Position numbers and translations under genes: made by a program. The notes below the pieces were generated by a model. That model made no database searches, was not told the origin of the DNA, and saw nothing but the letters and a program-made list of their open reading frames with translations. This document shows positions 47,188 through 56,418 of a stretch of DNA of 64,000 bases, piece by piece (the stretch's first letter is position 1; every line of letters begins with the position of its first letter). Source of the stretch: Xanthobacteraceae bacterium (lineage in GTDB: Bacteria; Pseudomonadota; Alphaproteobacteria; Rhizobiales; Xanthobacteraceae); assembly GCA_019635635.1 (NCBI GenBank), contig JAHBZB010000002.1:517204-581203 (forward strand), in the 5' to 3' direction.

Positions 47188-48684
47188 ATGCGCGAGATCG
47201 GTCATTTCGTCGGCGGTAAGCACGTTAAAGGGACATCTGGCCGCACCGGCGACGTTTTCCAGCCGATGACCGGCGACATCATCGCCAAGGTAGCGCTGGC
47301 CTCGAAAGCCGAGGTGCGGGCGGCGGTCGAAAACGCGAAGGCGGCGCAGCCGGGCTGGGCCGCGACCAACCCACAGCGTCGCGCGCGCGTGATGTTCAAA
47401 TTCCTCGAACTGATCGCCAAAGAGACCGACAGCCTTGCCGACATACTCGCGCGCGAGCACGGCAAGACGATTGCCGACGCCAAGGGCGACATTCAGCGCG
47501 GCGTTGAGGTGGTCGAGTTCGCCTGCGGCATCCCGCATCTTCTGAAAGGCGAATACACCGAAGGTGCAGGCCCGGGCATCGACCTCTATTCCATGCGGCA
47601 GCCTCTGGGCGTCGTCGCCGGGATTACGCCGTTCAACTTCCCGGCGATGATCCCGATGTGGAAGTTCGCACCGGCGATTGCCTGCGGCAACGCTTTCATT
47701 TTGAAGCCGTCGGAGCGCGATCCGGGCGTGCCGATGCGTCTTGCCGAACTCATGCTGGAAGCAGGACTACCCGCGGGCATCCTCAACGTCGTCAACGGCG
47801 ACAAGGAAGCGGTGGATGCGATCCTCGACGATCCGGATATTCGCGCGATCGGCTTCGTCGGCTCGACCGCGATTGCAGAATACATTTACACGCGCGGCAC
47901 TTCGACCGGAAAGCGCGTACAGTGCTTCGGCGGCGCCAAGAACCACATGATCGTGATGCCGGATGCCGACATGGACCAGGCGGTCGATGCGTTGATCGGC
48001 GCGGGCTACGGTTCGGCGGGCGAACGCTGCATGGCAATTTCGGTCGCAGTCCCGGTCGGCAAGGAAACCGCCGACAAACTCGTCGAGAAACTGATCCCGC
48101 GTGTCGAAAGCCTCAAGATCGGACCCTCGACCGACGCCGGCGCAGACATTCCGCCGATGGTGACGCGCGCGCACCTCGAGAAGGTGAAGAACTACGTCGA
48201 GATCGGCATCAAGGAAGGCGCGAAGCTGAAAGTCGACGGCCGCGGCTTCAAGATGCAGGGCTACGAGAAAGGCTTCTATATGGGCGGCTGCCTGTTCGAC
48301 GAAGTGACGCCCGAAATGCGCATCTACAAGGAAGAAATCTTCGGGCCGGTGCTCTCGGTCGTGCGCGCAAAGGATTACGAGGAGGGCTTGAAGCTCGCGA
48401 ACGACCACGAATACGGGAATGGTGTCGCGATCTTCACCCGCGACGGCGATGCCGCGCGCGACTTCGCAGCCAAAGTGAATGTCGGCATGGTCGGCATCAA
48501 CTTCGCAATTCCGGTTCCGCTCGCCTACCACACCTTCGGCGGCTGGAAGCGTTCCGGCTTCGGCGATCTGAATCAACACGGGCCGGACTCGGTCCGCTTC
48601 TATACGAAGACCAAGACAGTTACTTCGCGCTGGCCGTCAGGCATCAAGGATGGCGCCGAATTCACCATCCCGACAATGAAGTAA
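47188..48684 (+). CDS. mmsA: CoA-acylating methylmalonate-semialdehyde dehydrogenase
   Basis: ALDH fold with MmsA-type motifs (FPAMIPMWKFAPAIACGNAFILKPSERDP, ERCMA). ATG at 47188 after a GGGAGGA SD. Confidence 0.92.
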   Translation: MREIGHFVGGKHVKGTSGRTGDVFQPMTGDIIAKVALASKAEVRAAVENAKAAQPGWAATNPQRRARVMFKFLELIAKETDSLADILAREHGKTIADAKGDIQRGVEVVEFACGIPHLLKGEYTEGAGPGIDLYSMRQPLGVVAGITPFNFPAMIPMWKFAPAIACGNAFILKPSERDPGVPMRLAELMLEAGLPAGILNVVNGDKEAVDAILDDPDIRAIGFVGSTAIAEYIYTRGTSTGKRVQCFGGAKNHMIVMPDADMDQAVDALIGAGYGSAGERCMAISVAVPVGKETADKLVEKLIPRVESLKIGPSTDAGADIPPMVTRAHLEKVKNYVEIGIKEGAKLKVDGRGFKMQGYEKGFYMGGCLFDEVTPEMRIYKEEIFGPVLSVVRAKDYEEGLKLANDHEYGNGVAIFTRDGDAARDFAAKVNVGMVGINFAIPVPLAYHTFGGWKRSGFGDLNQHGPDSVRFYTKTKTVTSRWPSGIKDGAEFTIPTMK

Positions 48685-48697
48685 ATTTATCTCGTCA

Positions 48698-48732
48698 TCC
48701 CGGCCAAGGCGCGCGAGCGCCGCGAGCCGGGA
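48698..48732. repeat. REP-like palindrome (TCCCGGC-N21-GCCGGGA) upstream of the GIY-YIG gene
   Basis: Seen directly. The flanking CTCGTCA / TCGTCAG extensions resemble the element at 49052-49089. Confidence 0.6.
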
Positions 48733-48743
48733 TCGTCAGAGGT

Positions 48744-49040
48744 ATGAGTTTGAGATTCTTTGTCTACATTCTTGCAACTCGCAAAGATGGACCGATCTAC
48801 GTCGGTATAACCAATAATCTGCAGAAAAGAGTGTTCGAACATAAGTCTCGATCTGTTGCTGGTTTCACGAAGCGCTACAACGTCGACAGGCTGGTTTGGT
48901 TCGAAGAACATTCCACCGCAAACGCTGCGATCACCAAAGAGAAACAGTTAAAGCGGTGGCGAAGAATCTGGAAAAAAGAACTTATTGAAAGATTCAATCC
49001 GGAATGGGATGATTTGTATAGCTCTCTTGATCCGGAATAA
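48744..49040 (+). CDS. GIY-YIG nuclease superfamily protein (small UPF0213/YhbQ-like, 98 aa)
   Basis: Motifs FFVYIL...GPIYVGITNNLQKRVFEH and a conserved Glu region. GC content is visibly lower than the flanks. Confidence 0.85.
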   Translation: MSLRFFVYILATRKDGPIYVGITNNLQKRVFEHKSRSVAGFTKRYNVDRLVWFEEHSTANAAITKEKQLKRWRRIWKKELIERFNPEWDDLYSSLDPE

Positions 49041-49051
49041 TACATGTTGCG

Positions 49052-49083
49052 GTCCCGGATAGCGGCTACGCCGCTTCCGGGAC
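49052..49083. repeat. REP-like palindrome (GTCCCGGATAGCGGC-TAC-GCCGCTTCCGGGAC), possibly also a terminator
   Basis: 14-15 bp imperfect stem seen directly, 12 nt after the GIY-YIG stop. Confidence 0.6.
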
Positions 49084-49095
49084 GACGAGGTTTGA

Positions 49096-49740
49096 ATGTC
49101 CGAATACAAACTCCATTGCTTCGCCCAGTCGGGTAATTCCTACAAAGCCGCGCTGATGTTGAACCTGATCGGCGCGGACTGGGAGCCGGTTGGCGTCGAT
49201 TTCTTCGCGGGCGAAACCCGCTCGCCGGAATTTCGCGGCACCATCAATGAGATGGGCGAAGCGCCGGTGCTTGAGCACAAGGGCAAGCGGCTCTCGCAGT
49301 CCGGCGTAATTCTAACTTATCTCTCGCGGCTCTCCGGAAAATTCAAAGCGCAAAGCGAGGACGACGAACTCGAAGTGCTGCGCTGGATTCTGTTCGACAA
49401 CCACAAGGTCACGAACTTCATGGCGACACACCGCTTCATGCATTCGCTGATGAAGGGCGCCAATCCGGCGGTGGTCGAATTTCTGCGCGGGCGCGCGCTG
49501 TCGAATCTCAAGATCGTCGACGGTCATCTCGCGAAACAGGATTGGCTGGTCGGCAAGGCACCGACGATCGCGGACATTTCGGTTGCCGGATATATTTATT
49601 ACCCGGCGGAAGAACACGGCTTCGACATCGAAAAGGATTTTCCGGCTGTGCACGCGTGGCGCGAACGCATCAAGGCGCTGCCGGGCTGGAAGCATCCTTA
49701 CGATCTGATGCCGCAGCCGAAAACCGCGCCGCAGAAGTAA
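49096..49740 (+). CDS. Glutathione S-transferase
   Basis: GST N- and C-terminal domain motifs (GEAPVLEHKGKRLSQSGVILTYL). Confidence 0.85.
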   Translation: MSEYKLHCFAQSGNSYKAALMLNLIGADWEPVGVDFFAGETRSPEFRGTINEMGEAPVLEHKGKRLSQSGVILTYLSRLSGKFKAQSEDDELEVLRWILFDNHKVTNFMATHRFMHSLMKGANPAVVEFLRGRALSNLKIVDGHLAKQDWLVGKAPTIADISVAGYIYYPAEEHGFDIEKDFPAVHAWRERIKALPGWKHPYDLMPQPKTAPQK

Positions 49741-50391
49741 TCAGCCTCCCTGCGAGGCGCTGAAAACCGCGAGCTGCGCCGCGAAGGCTCGCTTGAACGC
49801 TGGCCGCGCTTCCGCACGGGCAGTATAGCTCTGCAAGTTCGGAAATTCGTCCAGCAGGCCCGAGCGGCCTAACCGCTGCACCGCGTGCACCATCAGAAGG
49901 TCGCCGGCGCTGAATGCGCCGTCCAGCCAGCCGGCATCGCCAAGATGCGCGGAAAGCGGGCGGAGCCGATCGCGGACGCGATCCTTCACCGAAGGCAGCC
50001 GCTCCTCGTGCCACGGCTTGTCGCGCTCGAAGAGCACGAGGTTCTGGTACTCGATGATCGGCGGCTCGAGTGTATTCAGGGCGGCGAACATCCACATGAT
50101 CGCGCGTGCACGCGCACCGGCATTTTCGGGCAACAGGCCCGCGTGCCGTTCAGCGATATGCAGGATGATCGCACCGGATTCGAACAACTTGAGGCCGTTC
50201 TCCTCATAAGTCGGAATCTGGCCGAAAGGATTTAGCGCCAGATGCGCGGGTTCCTTCATCGCCCGGAAGGAAACCAGCCGGACCTCGTAAGGTTGCCCCA
50301 CTTCCTCAAGCGCCCAGCGCACGCGCATGTCGCGCGCGAGCCCCTGACCGCGATCCGGCGAGCTTTTGAATCCGGTGATGGTGATGGTCAC
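49741..50391 (-). CDS. Glutathione S-transferase
   Basis: GST fold (NPFGQIPTYEENGLKLFESGAIILHIA). Its stop abuts the convergent GST gene. Confidence 0.85.
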   Translation of the reverse strand: MTITITGFKSSPDRGQGLARDMRVRWALEEVGQPYEVRLVSFRAMKEPAHLALNPFGQIPTYEENGLKLFESGAIILHIAERHAGLLPENAGARARAIMWMFAALNTLEPPIIEYQNLVLFERDKPWHEERLPSVKDRVRDRLRPLSAHLGDAGWLDGAFSAGDLLMVHAVQRLGRSGLLDEFPNLQSYTARAEARPAFKRAFAAQLAVFSASQGG

Positions 50392-50400
50392 CGGAAGACT

Positions 50401-51177
50401 TTAGGCGTCGCGCTTGATGGCGAACGGTCCCCAGGCCTGCATGGTCGCCATCGCTTCGATGCGATTGATGTTGACGTGCCGGGGCATGGTGGTGACGAAG
50501 AAAACCTGTTCCGCGATGTCGTCGGCCACCATCGGCTTCACGCCCTTGTACACCGCGTCGGCCTTCGCCTTGTCGCCTTTGAAACGCACGACCGAGAACT
50601 CGGTTTCAGCGAGGCCCGGCTCGACCGACGTTACGCGCACGTTCTTGCCGAGAAGATCGCAGCGCAGGTTCATGGCAAAGCGCGTGACGAAGGCCTTGGT
50701 CGCGCCATAGACGTTGCCGCCCGGATAAGAATAGTTGCCTGCGACCGAACTGACGACGACGACATGACCCTCGTCACGCTCGACCATGCCGGGAAGCGTG
50801 TTGCGAATGGTATAGACGAGCCCGTTCACGTTCATCGCGATCATCTGATCCCAGTCTTCGATCTTCGCTTCGTGCGCGGGCTCAAGACCGATCGCGCCGC
50901 CGGCATTGGCAACCACGACGTTGACGTTCTTGAAGGCGTCGGGAAGCGTGTTCAGCGCCTTGATCGTCGCCGCGTTATCGGTGACGTCGAAATTCAGCGT
51001 ATGGCAGTTCGCGCCGAGTTCCTTCTTCAGCGCGTCGAGCCGGTCCTGACGGCGGCCGGTGCCAATCACTTTCGCGCCGGCCTGCGCATAGCGCCGCGCG
51101 GCCGCGGCGCCGAAGCCGGAAGTCGCGCCGGTGATGAGCACGGTCAGGGTTTTCGGGTCCAACATCTGGGCAGCCAT
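50401..51177 (-). CDS. SDR family NADP-dependent 3-hydroxy acid dehydrogenase (YdfG-like)
   Basis: Motifs TGATSGFG, NAG and YGATKAF. The start could be the internal ATG four codons downstream. Confidence 0.8.
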   Translation of the reverse strand: MAAQMLDPKTLTVLITGATSGFGAAAARRYAQAGAKVIGTGRRQDRLDALKKELGANCHTLNFDVTDNAATIKALNTLPDAFKNVNVVVANAGGAIGLEPAHEAKIEDWDQMIAMNVNGLVYTIRNTLPGMVERDEGHVVVVSSVAGNYSYPGGNVYGATKAFVTRFAMNLRCDLLGKNVRVTSVEPGLAETEFSVVRFKGDKAKADAVYKGVKPMVADDIAEQVFFVTTMPRHVNINRIEAMATMQAWGPFAIKRDA

Positions 51178-51230
51178 GAATTCCTCTCCTGAAGAAGCGG
51201 CGGTTCGGGTACGCCTGTTCGTTTGTAGGG

Positions 51231-51953
51231 TCAGCGCGCGGTAAGCCCGCCGTCGATGGGGATTTCCGCGCCGGTGATGAATGCGCTCTCATCCGATAGC
51301 AGAAATACGGCGAGGTTCGCCACCTCCTCGGGCTGGGCAAAGCGGGCGAGCGGCACGTCCGCTGTCATGCGCTCGCGTGCGGCGTCGCGCGATTTCACGT
51401 TCGCGAGCATCGCCTCGACCATTGCGCCCTCGACAAAGGTGGGATGCACCGAATTCGAGCGGACCTGTGGCTTCAGGCGCGCGCCGTAGAGCGCCACCGA
51501 TTTTGAAAGCAGCCGCACCGCGCCCTTCGAGGCGTTATAGGACGACAGATTGTGCCCGGCGACGAGGCCGGAAACCGACGACAGGTTGACGATGGAGCCG
51601 CCGCGAATTTTCAGAAGCGGCATTGCATATTTGCAGCCGAGCCAGGTGCCGTCCACGTTCACGGCCATGGTCCTTTTGTAACCGGCAAAATCCTCGCTCT
51701 CGATGGTGCCGAGCGAGGCGACGCCGGCCGAGTTCACGAGACCGTCGAGGCGGCCGTGATCCTTACTGATCGCTTCCGCGACCGATTTCCAGTTTTCCTC
51801 GGATGTGACATCGAGCGCGTAGTCCTGCCCTTTATGCGAGGCGAGATCGGAGCTGAGCGCCTTGCCGCCTTCCTTCTCGATCATCTGCGCAATGGCGTTG
51901 CCGATCGTGCCGGCAGCACCCGTGATCAGCACGATCTTATCCTTCATCCGCAC
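51231..51953 (-). CDS. SDR family oxidoreductase
   Basis: Motifs TGAAGTIG, NSAG, YNASKGAV and a C-terminal ITGAEIPIDGG. Confidence 0.85.
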   Translation of the reverse strand: MRMKDKIVLITGAAGTIGNAIAQMIEKEGGKALSSDLASHKGQDYALDVTSEENWKSVAEAISKDHGRLDGLVNSAGVASLGTIESEDFAGYKRTMAVNVDGTWLGCKYAMPLLKIRGGSIVNLSSVSGLVAGHNLSSYNASKGAVRLLSKSVALYGARLKPQVRSNSVHPTFVEGAMVEAMLANVKSRDAARERMTADVPLARFAQPEEVANLAVFLLSDESAFITGAEIPIDGGLTAR

Positions 51954-52027
51954 GGTTCGCGTTCCCCAAAAAGAAAGAGCCCGCCACGATCATGCGGCGG
52001 GCTCCGTATTTTGCAAGTCGGCCGGGT

Positions 52028-53083
52028 TTACTTCACCGGACCGGCGTATTTCACCATGAGCGCTTCGACGTCCTTGATCAGCGCTTCGCCGTCGATGCCC
52101 TTGCCCTTCATTTCCGCGACCCACGCAGCGATGACCGGCTTGGCGGCATCCTTCCAGCGCTTGGTCTCGGCGGCGTCGAGCGTGACGATGGTGTTCTTGC
52201 GCGCCTGGGCAAACTTCAGGCCCGGAACGTCGCCTTCATCCATCACCTTGCCGACCCATTTGGAAATCGCAGCGCCGGAGTTGTTGTCGATTACCTTTTT
52301 CAGGTCCGCCGGCAGGCTGTCGTACTTCGCCTTGTTCATCGCGAAGACGAAGAAAGCAACATAGAGCGAGCGGTTACCCGAGAAGGTAGTGTGCGTCTGC
52401 ACCAGTTCGGCCACGCGCAGCGGCGTCGTGACTTCCCACGGAACGACGGTGCCGTCGATCACGCCCTTGGAGAGCGCGTCCGGCATCGCCGGAACCGGCA
52501 TGCCGACCGGGGTCGCGCCGAGCGTTTCGATCAGCTTGTTGACGACGCGCGACGGACCGCGAAGCTTCAGACCCTTCATGTCTTCGAGCTTGCGGACGCC
52601 GTTGCCCTTGGCGTGGATCAGACCGGGGCCGTGCGTGTGCACAGCGATGATCTTCACGTCCTTGAATTCGTCCTTCAGGTGCTTCTCGTAGTATTCCCAG
52701 GCAGCCTGACTCGACTGTTCGGCATTGCCGGCAATGAACGGAAGCTCGAAGGCCTCGGTGCGCGGGAAGCGGCCCGGCGTATAGCCCGGCAGCGTCCAGA
52801 TCACATCGACGACGCCGTCTTTCACCTGATCGTAGAGCTGCGGCGGCGTACCACCGAGCTGCATCGACGGATAGAGCTCGACCTTGATACGGCCCTTGGA
52901 TTCGTCTTCGATCTTCTTGGCCCAAGGCGCAATGAAGTTCTTCGGCACCGGCGCTTGCGCCGGCAGGAATTGATGGACGCGAAGCGTAACGGTCTGCGCA
53001 TTCGCAGGGGCCGAGAACGCTAGCGCAACGGCGGCAATCGCGAGGCCGCCAAGGCGTTTGGTCAGGTTCATCGTTTTCTCCAC
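52028..53083 (-). CDS. dctP: TRAP transporter substrate-binding protein (DctP family)
   Basis: Signal peptide and DctP-family motifs (LRVHQFLPAQAP, GPGLIHAK, LRGPSR). Confidence 0.88.
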   Translation of the reverse strand: MEKTMNLTKRLGGLAIAAVALAFSAPANAQTVTLRVHQFLPAQAPVPKNFIAPWAKKIEDESKGRIKVELYPSMQLGGTPPQLYDQVKDGVVDVIWTLPGYTPGRFPRTEAFELPFIAGNAEQSSQAAWEYYEKHLKDEFKDVKIIAVHTHGPGLIHAKGNGVRKLEDMKGLKLRGPSRVVNKLIETLGATPVGMPVPAMPDALSKGVIDGTVVPWEVTTPLRVAELVQTHTTFSGNRSLYVAFFVFAMNKAKYDSLPADLKKVIDNNSGAAISKWVGKVMDEGDVPGLKFAQARKNTIVTLDAAETKRWKDAAKPVIAAWVAEMKGKGIDGEALIKDVEALMVKYAGPVK

Positions 53084-53152
53084 ATGGCTGTTTATATTTT
53101 TATCCCGCTTCTCCGAGCGGTTATTTGCAAGCCCACTCCCTATCCGCCCACG

Positions 53153-54478
53153 CTAACTCACGAAGCGAACGAGGAACAGCGTCAGGATCGGGAAGAATAG
53201 AAGCAACAGAACGCGCACGATGTCCGAAAGTAGGAAAGGCATGATGCCGCGATAGATCTCGCCAATCGGCACGTTCTTCGCGATATTGGCGACGACATAG
53301 ACCGTCAGACCCACAGGTGGTGCAATCAGCCCTACCGAGACGACGACCAGCATCAGGATGCCGAACCAGATCGCCTTGTATTCGGCGGTCAAACCGAACA
53401 GGTCGAGACCGACGATCGTCGGCAGCACGACGGGCAGCAGCAGCAGCATCATCGCCAGTTCGTCGAGCACGCAGCTCAAAATCACGAATAGAATGAGGAA
53501 GCCGCCGACGATGATAAGCGGATGATAGTCGAGGCTGTTCGCCCAGGCCGACAGATCGGTCGGGATCTGCGACACGGCAAGTGCGGTGTTCATCATCGCG
53601 GCGCCGAGAAGCATCGTGTAGATCATCGCGGACGCCTGCGCGGCGGGAAGGAAACCCTGCAGCGCGCTGCGCCAGGTGATTTTCCGGCGCACGATCGCAA
53701 GCAAGAGCGTCGAACTTGCGCCGACAGCCGCGCCTTCGGTCGCTGTGAACCAGCCGGAATAGATGCCGGTAAACATGACGAGGAAGATCGCTGCAATCGG
53801 CCAGGCTTCGAGCGTCGCTTCGACGATTTCCTTGCGGCTCGCGCGCGAGGTCTTCTCAGGCGCGTGTTCAGGATACAGCCAGAGGTAAATCGAGATCGAG
53901 GCCATGTAGAGGATCATCGCAAGCACGGCCGGGACAACGGCGGCTGCGAACAGCTTGATAATGCTCTACTCAGCGAGGAACGAGTAGATAATAAGAATGA
54001 AGGACGGCGGCAGCAGAATGCCGAGCGTACCACCGGCGGCGAGCGTGCCGGTCGCCAGACGATCCGAATAGTTCAGGCGCTTCATTTCGGGCAGCACGAC
54101 CTGGCTCATGGTCGCGGCGGTCGCAACCGAGGAGCCCGAGATCGCGCCGAAGCAGGCGCAGGCGATGATCGCGGCCTGCGCGACGCCGCCTTTCACCCAG
54201 CCGATCCATGCGTTCGCCGCGCGGAACAGACTTCGCGAGAAGCCCGCGACCGACGCAAACTGACCCATCAGCAAGAAGAGCGGAATGACCGAAAGATCGT
54301 AGACCGAGAAGCGTGCCCAGAACAGCCCCTTGAGATAATTGATGAGCGGCAGATAGCCGACGATCCACGCGTAACCGGCCGCACCCGCGATGAACATGGC
54401 GGCGCCAAGCGGCACGCGCAGCGCGATCAGGACCATCATCCCCGCGGAGACGATGGAGATGATTTCAACCTTACTCAT
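53153..54478 (-). pseudogene. dctM: TRAP transporter large permease DctM interrupted by a single in-frame TAG (plus-strand CTA at 53966-53968)
   Basis: The 170 aa ORF (...LLPPSFILIIYSFLAE) and the 257 aa ORF are in the same frame. Reading across gives FLAE*SIIKLFAAAVVPAVLAMILYM. Together they make a normal-length DctM of about 440 aa. Confidence 0.85.
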
Positions 54479-55001
54479 TGGAAACGCGCTCCGAGACGCC
54501 GATGAGACCGAAGCCCTGCGCCAATGCGGTGATGGTTGCGAGCGCGATGCCGGGCAACACGCAGGCGTAGCCGACCCAGATCGGGAACCCCATCAACATG
54601 CTGGTTTCGCCGCTGTGGCGAATTTCGAGACAGCCGACGAACGTGCGCCAACCGACAAGCGCAAACATCGCGCCCATCAGGAGCGCGCCCAGCTTGTCCA
54701 TCTGCGCCTTCGATCTGTCACTCGCGCGGATGGTGAAGATGTCGACGAAAATATTGCCGGCCGTGATCTGGCAGTAAGCGAGGAACAGCGAGCCGGCGAC
54801 GGCGATGCCGATTTCCACCAGTTCGAAATCGCCGGTGATCGGCTTCGACCAGAGCGCGCGGCCGATGATGCTGATTGCGGACATGATGCCGATGCCGGCG
54901 ACGATCGCGCCACCCGCATAAGCAAAATTCACCGACGCGGTGTGTAGCGCGTCGTGCAAACGGCCTTTGCTTTCGGCCTGTTCAGGCTGATTCATCTCCA
55001 C
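54471..55001 (-). CDS. dctQ: TRAP transporter small permease (DctQ family)
   Basis: Four-TM protein of 176 aa. 8 nt overlap with the dctM start. Confidence 0.8.
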   Translation of the reverse strand: MEMNQPEQAESKGRLHDALHTASVNFAYAGGAIVAGIGIMSAISIIGRALWSKPITGDFELVEIGIAVAGSLFLAYCQITAGNIFVDIFTIRASDRSKAQMDKLGALLMGAMFALVGWRTFVGCLEIRHSGETSMLMGFPIWVGYACVLPGIALATITALAQGFGLIGVSERVSNE

Positions 55002-55192
55002 CCAATGGGGAGTGTATTCGGCCGCGCTCTAAAGGCGCTTTTGCCCCGGATCGCCCCTCCCCTGGCCGGATCCGACAGTGGGACGGATAGCTTGGCTTCG
55101 GCGAGATTGGCAACGACCGAAAGTCGAGTATGAAGCCGGGAAAGGCATAAATCCCGGCGTTTCAATCTTTTATTCCAGATGGAACTTACGCC

Positions 55193-55208
55193 TTAACGGG
55201 TTGTTAAC
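55193..55208 (+). promoter_or_regulatory. Perfect CtrA-box consensus (TTAACGGGTTGTTAAC = TTAA-N7-TTAAC)
   Basis: Seen directly in the dctQ / 55270 divergent intergenic region, 62 nt upstream of the small ORF start. Confidence 0.5.
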
Positions 55209-55269
55209 GGTTCGAGCACAGCATTTCTCGCACCTGCGAACAAAGTCTGCGCTTACGGATTGGGCAGCT

Positions 55270-55476
55270 ATGGCGATCTTCTCAGATCTGCAATTTGTCG
55301 ACGGCGCACCAGCGCTCGCGCCGCAGGAAGCCTCCCCGCTGATCGGCCGGATGCGGCTCATGCTTTCAACACTCGCGCCACGTTCGGACGCGGAAGCGTT
55401 ACGGCTGCTCAGGACCAGTTTTCCTGAATCGACGCTCGGCGAACGGCTGAGCGCACTCTCCCGAACCTATCGTTGA
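55270..55476 (+). CDS. Hypothetical small protein (68 aa)
   Basis: An ATG-initiated sub-ORF of the 55078-55476 track ORF. No recognisable family. Supported mainly by the upstream CtrA box and GC3-rich codons. Confidence 0.35.
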   Translation: MAIFSDLQFVDGAPALAPQEASPLIGRMRLMLSTLAPRSDAEALRLLRTSFPESTLGERLSALSRTYR

Positions 55477-55505
55477 GCCGTTTCAAGCCTCCGGCCCGCG
55501 ACTAA

Positions 55506-56369
55506 TCAGTTCAGCCGGTCGGGACGCTGCTCATCTTCCGCGCTAGCCGCAGGCATCAGGCCGCCCGCGGAAAGTACGTGGGCTTTCTCCAGACGCCGAT
55601 AATGAACGAAGGCAAGCGGAATCGTCGTGAGATAGGCGAGTACCGCAACGGTGAGCAGTTCCCAAGGGTAGCTTAAGAGCATTGCGACCCCGAGTACGAC
55701 CAGCACGAGGATCGGCAGCACATATTCGCGGGGGACCCGCGCGGAAAGCTTCTTGCCTGACCAGGTCGGAATTTTCGAAATCATGATCATCGCGATGGCG
55801 AGCGCAAAAATCAGGTACAGCACCGGGCTAAACGAAAAGCGCGGCACGCCGAGCATCTCGAGATAGACCGGCAGCAGCACCGCCACCGCAGCGGCAGGCG
55901 CCGGCATGCCGACGAAGAAATTTCCGGCGAACGCCGGACGGTTCGGATCGTCGAGCATGACGTTGAAGCGCGCGAGGCGCAGTGCCGCGCAAAGCGCGAA
56001 GATCAGCATTACAACCCAGCCCAGCGTCTTCAGCGGGCCGAGGCCCCAGAAGAAAAGTATGAGCGCCGGCGCGCAGCCGAAATTCATGAAGTCGGCGAGC
56101 GAGTCGAGTTCGGCGCCGAAACGGGACTGCGCCTGCAAATAGCGCGCGAGACGCCCGTCGACGCCGTCGAGGATCGCTGCAAGCACGATACCCGCGATCG
56201 CGAGGTCCATACGCCCTTCGATCGCCATGCGGATCGCAGTCAGCCCGAGGCAAAGCGCGAGCAGCGTGACCATGTTCGGCAGAAGCGCGCGGATCGGGAT
56301 TTTCCGGAAGCGCTTGCGGGGATTTTCGTCGCCCGGCTCAAAGGGTGGGAACAGTCTGTCCATACTCAT
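55506..56369 (-). CDS. pssA: CDP-diacylglycerol--serine O-phosphatidyltransferase
   Basis: CDP-alcohol phosphotransferase motif DGVDGRLAR...GAELDSLAD. Multi-TM protein. Confidence 0.92.
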   Translation of the reverse strand: MSMDRLFPPFEPGDENPRKRFRKIPIRALLPNMVTLLALCLGLTAIRMAIEGRMDLAIAGIVLAAILDGVDGRLARYLQAQSRFGAELDSLADFMNFGCAPALILFFWGLGPLKTLGWVVMLIFALCAALRLARFNVMLDDPNRPAFAGNFFVGMPAPAAAVAVLLPVYLEMLGVPRFSFSPVLYLIFALAIAMIMISKIPTWSGKKLSARVPREYVLPILVLVVLGVAMLLSYPWELLTVAVLAYLTTIPLAFVHYRRLEKAHVLSAGGLMPAASAEDEQRPDRLN

Positions 56370-56418
56370 AAGAATACGCCCGAAAAGACGCCGAATGAAG
56401 GGCGTGTTGCCGGTTTGG

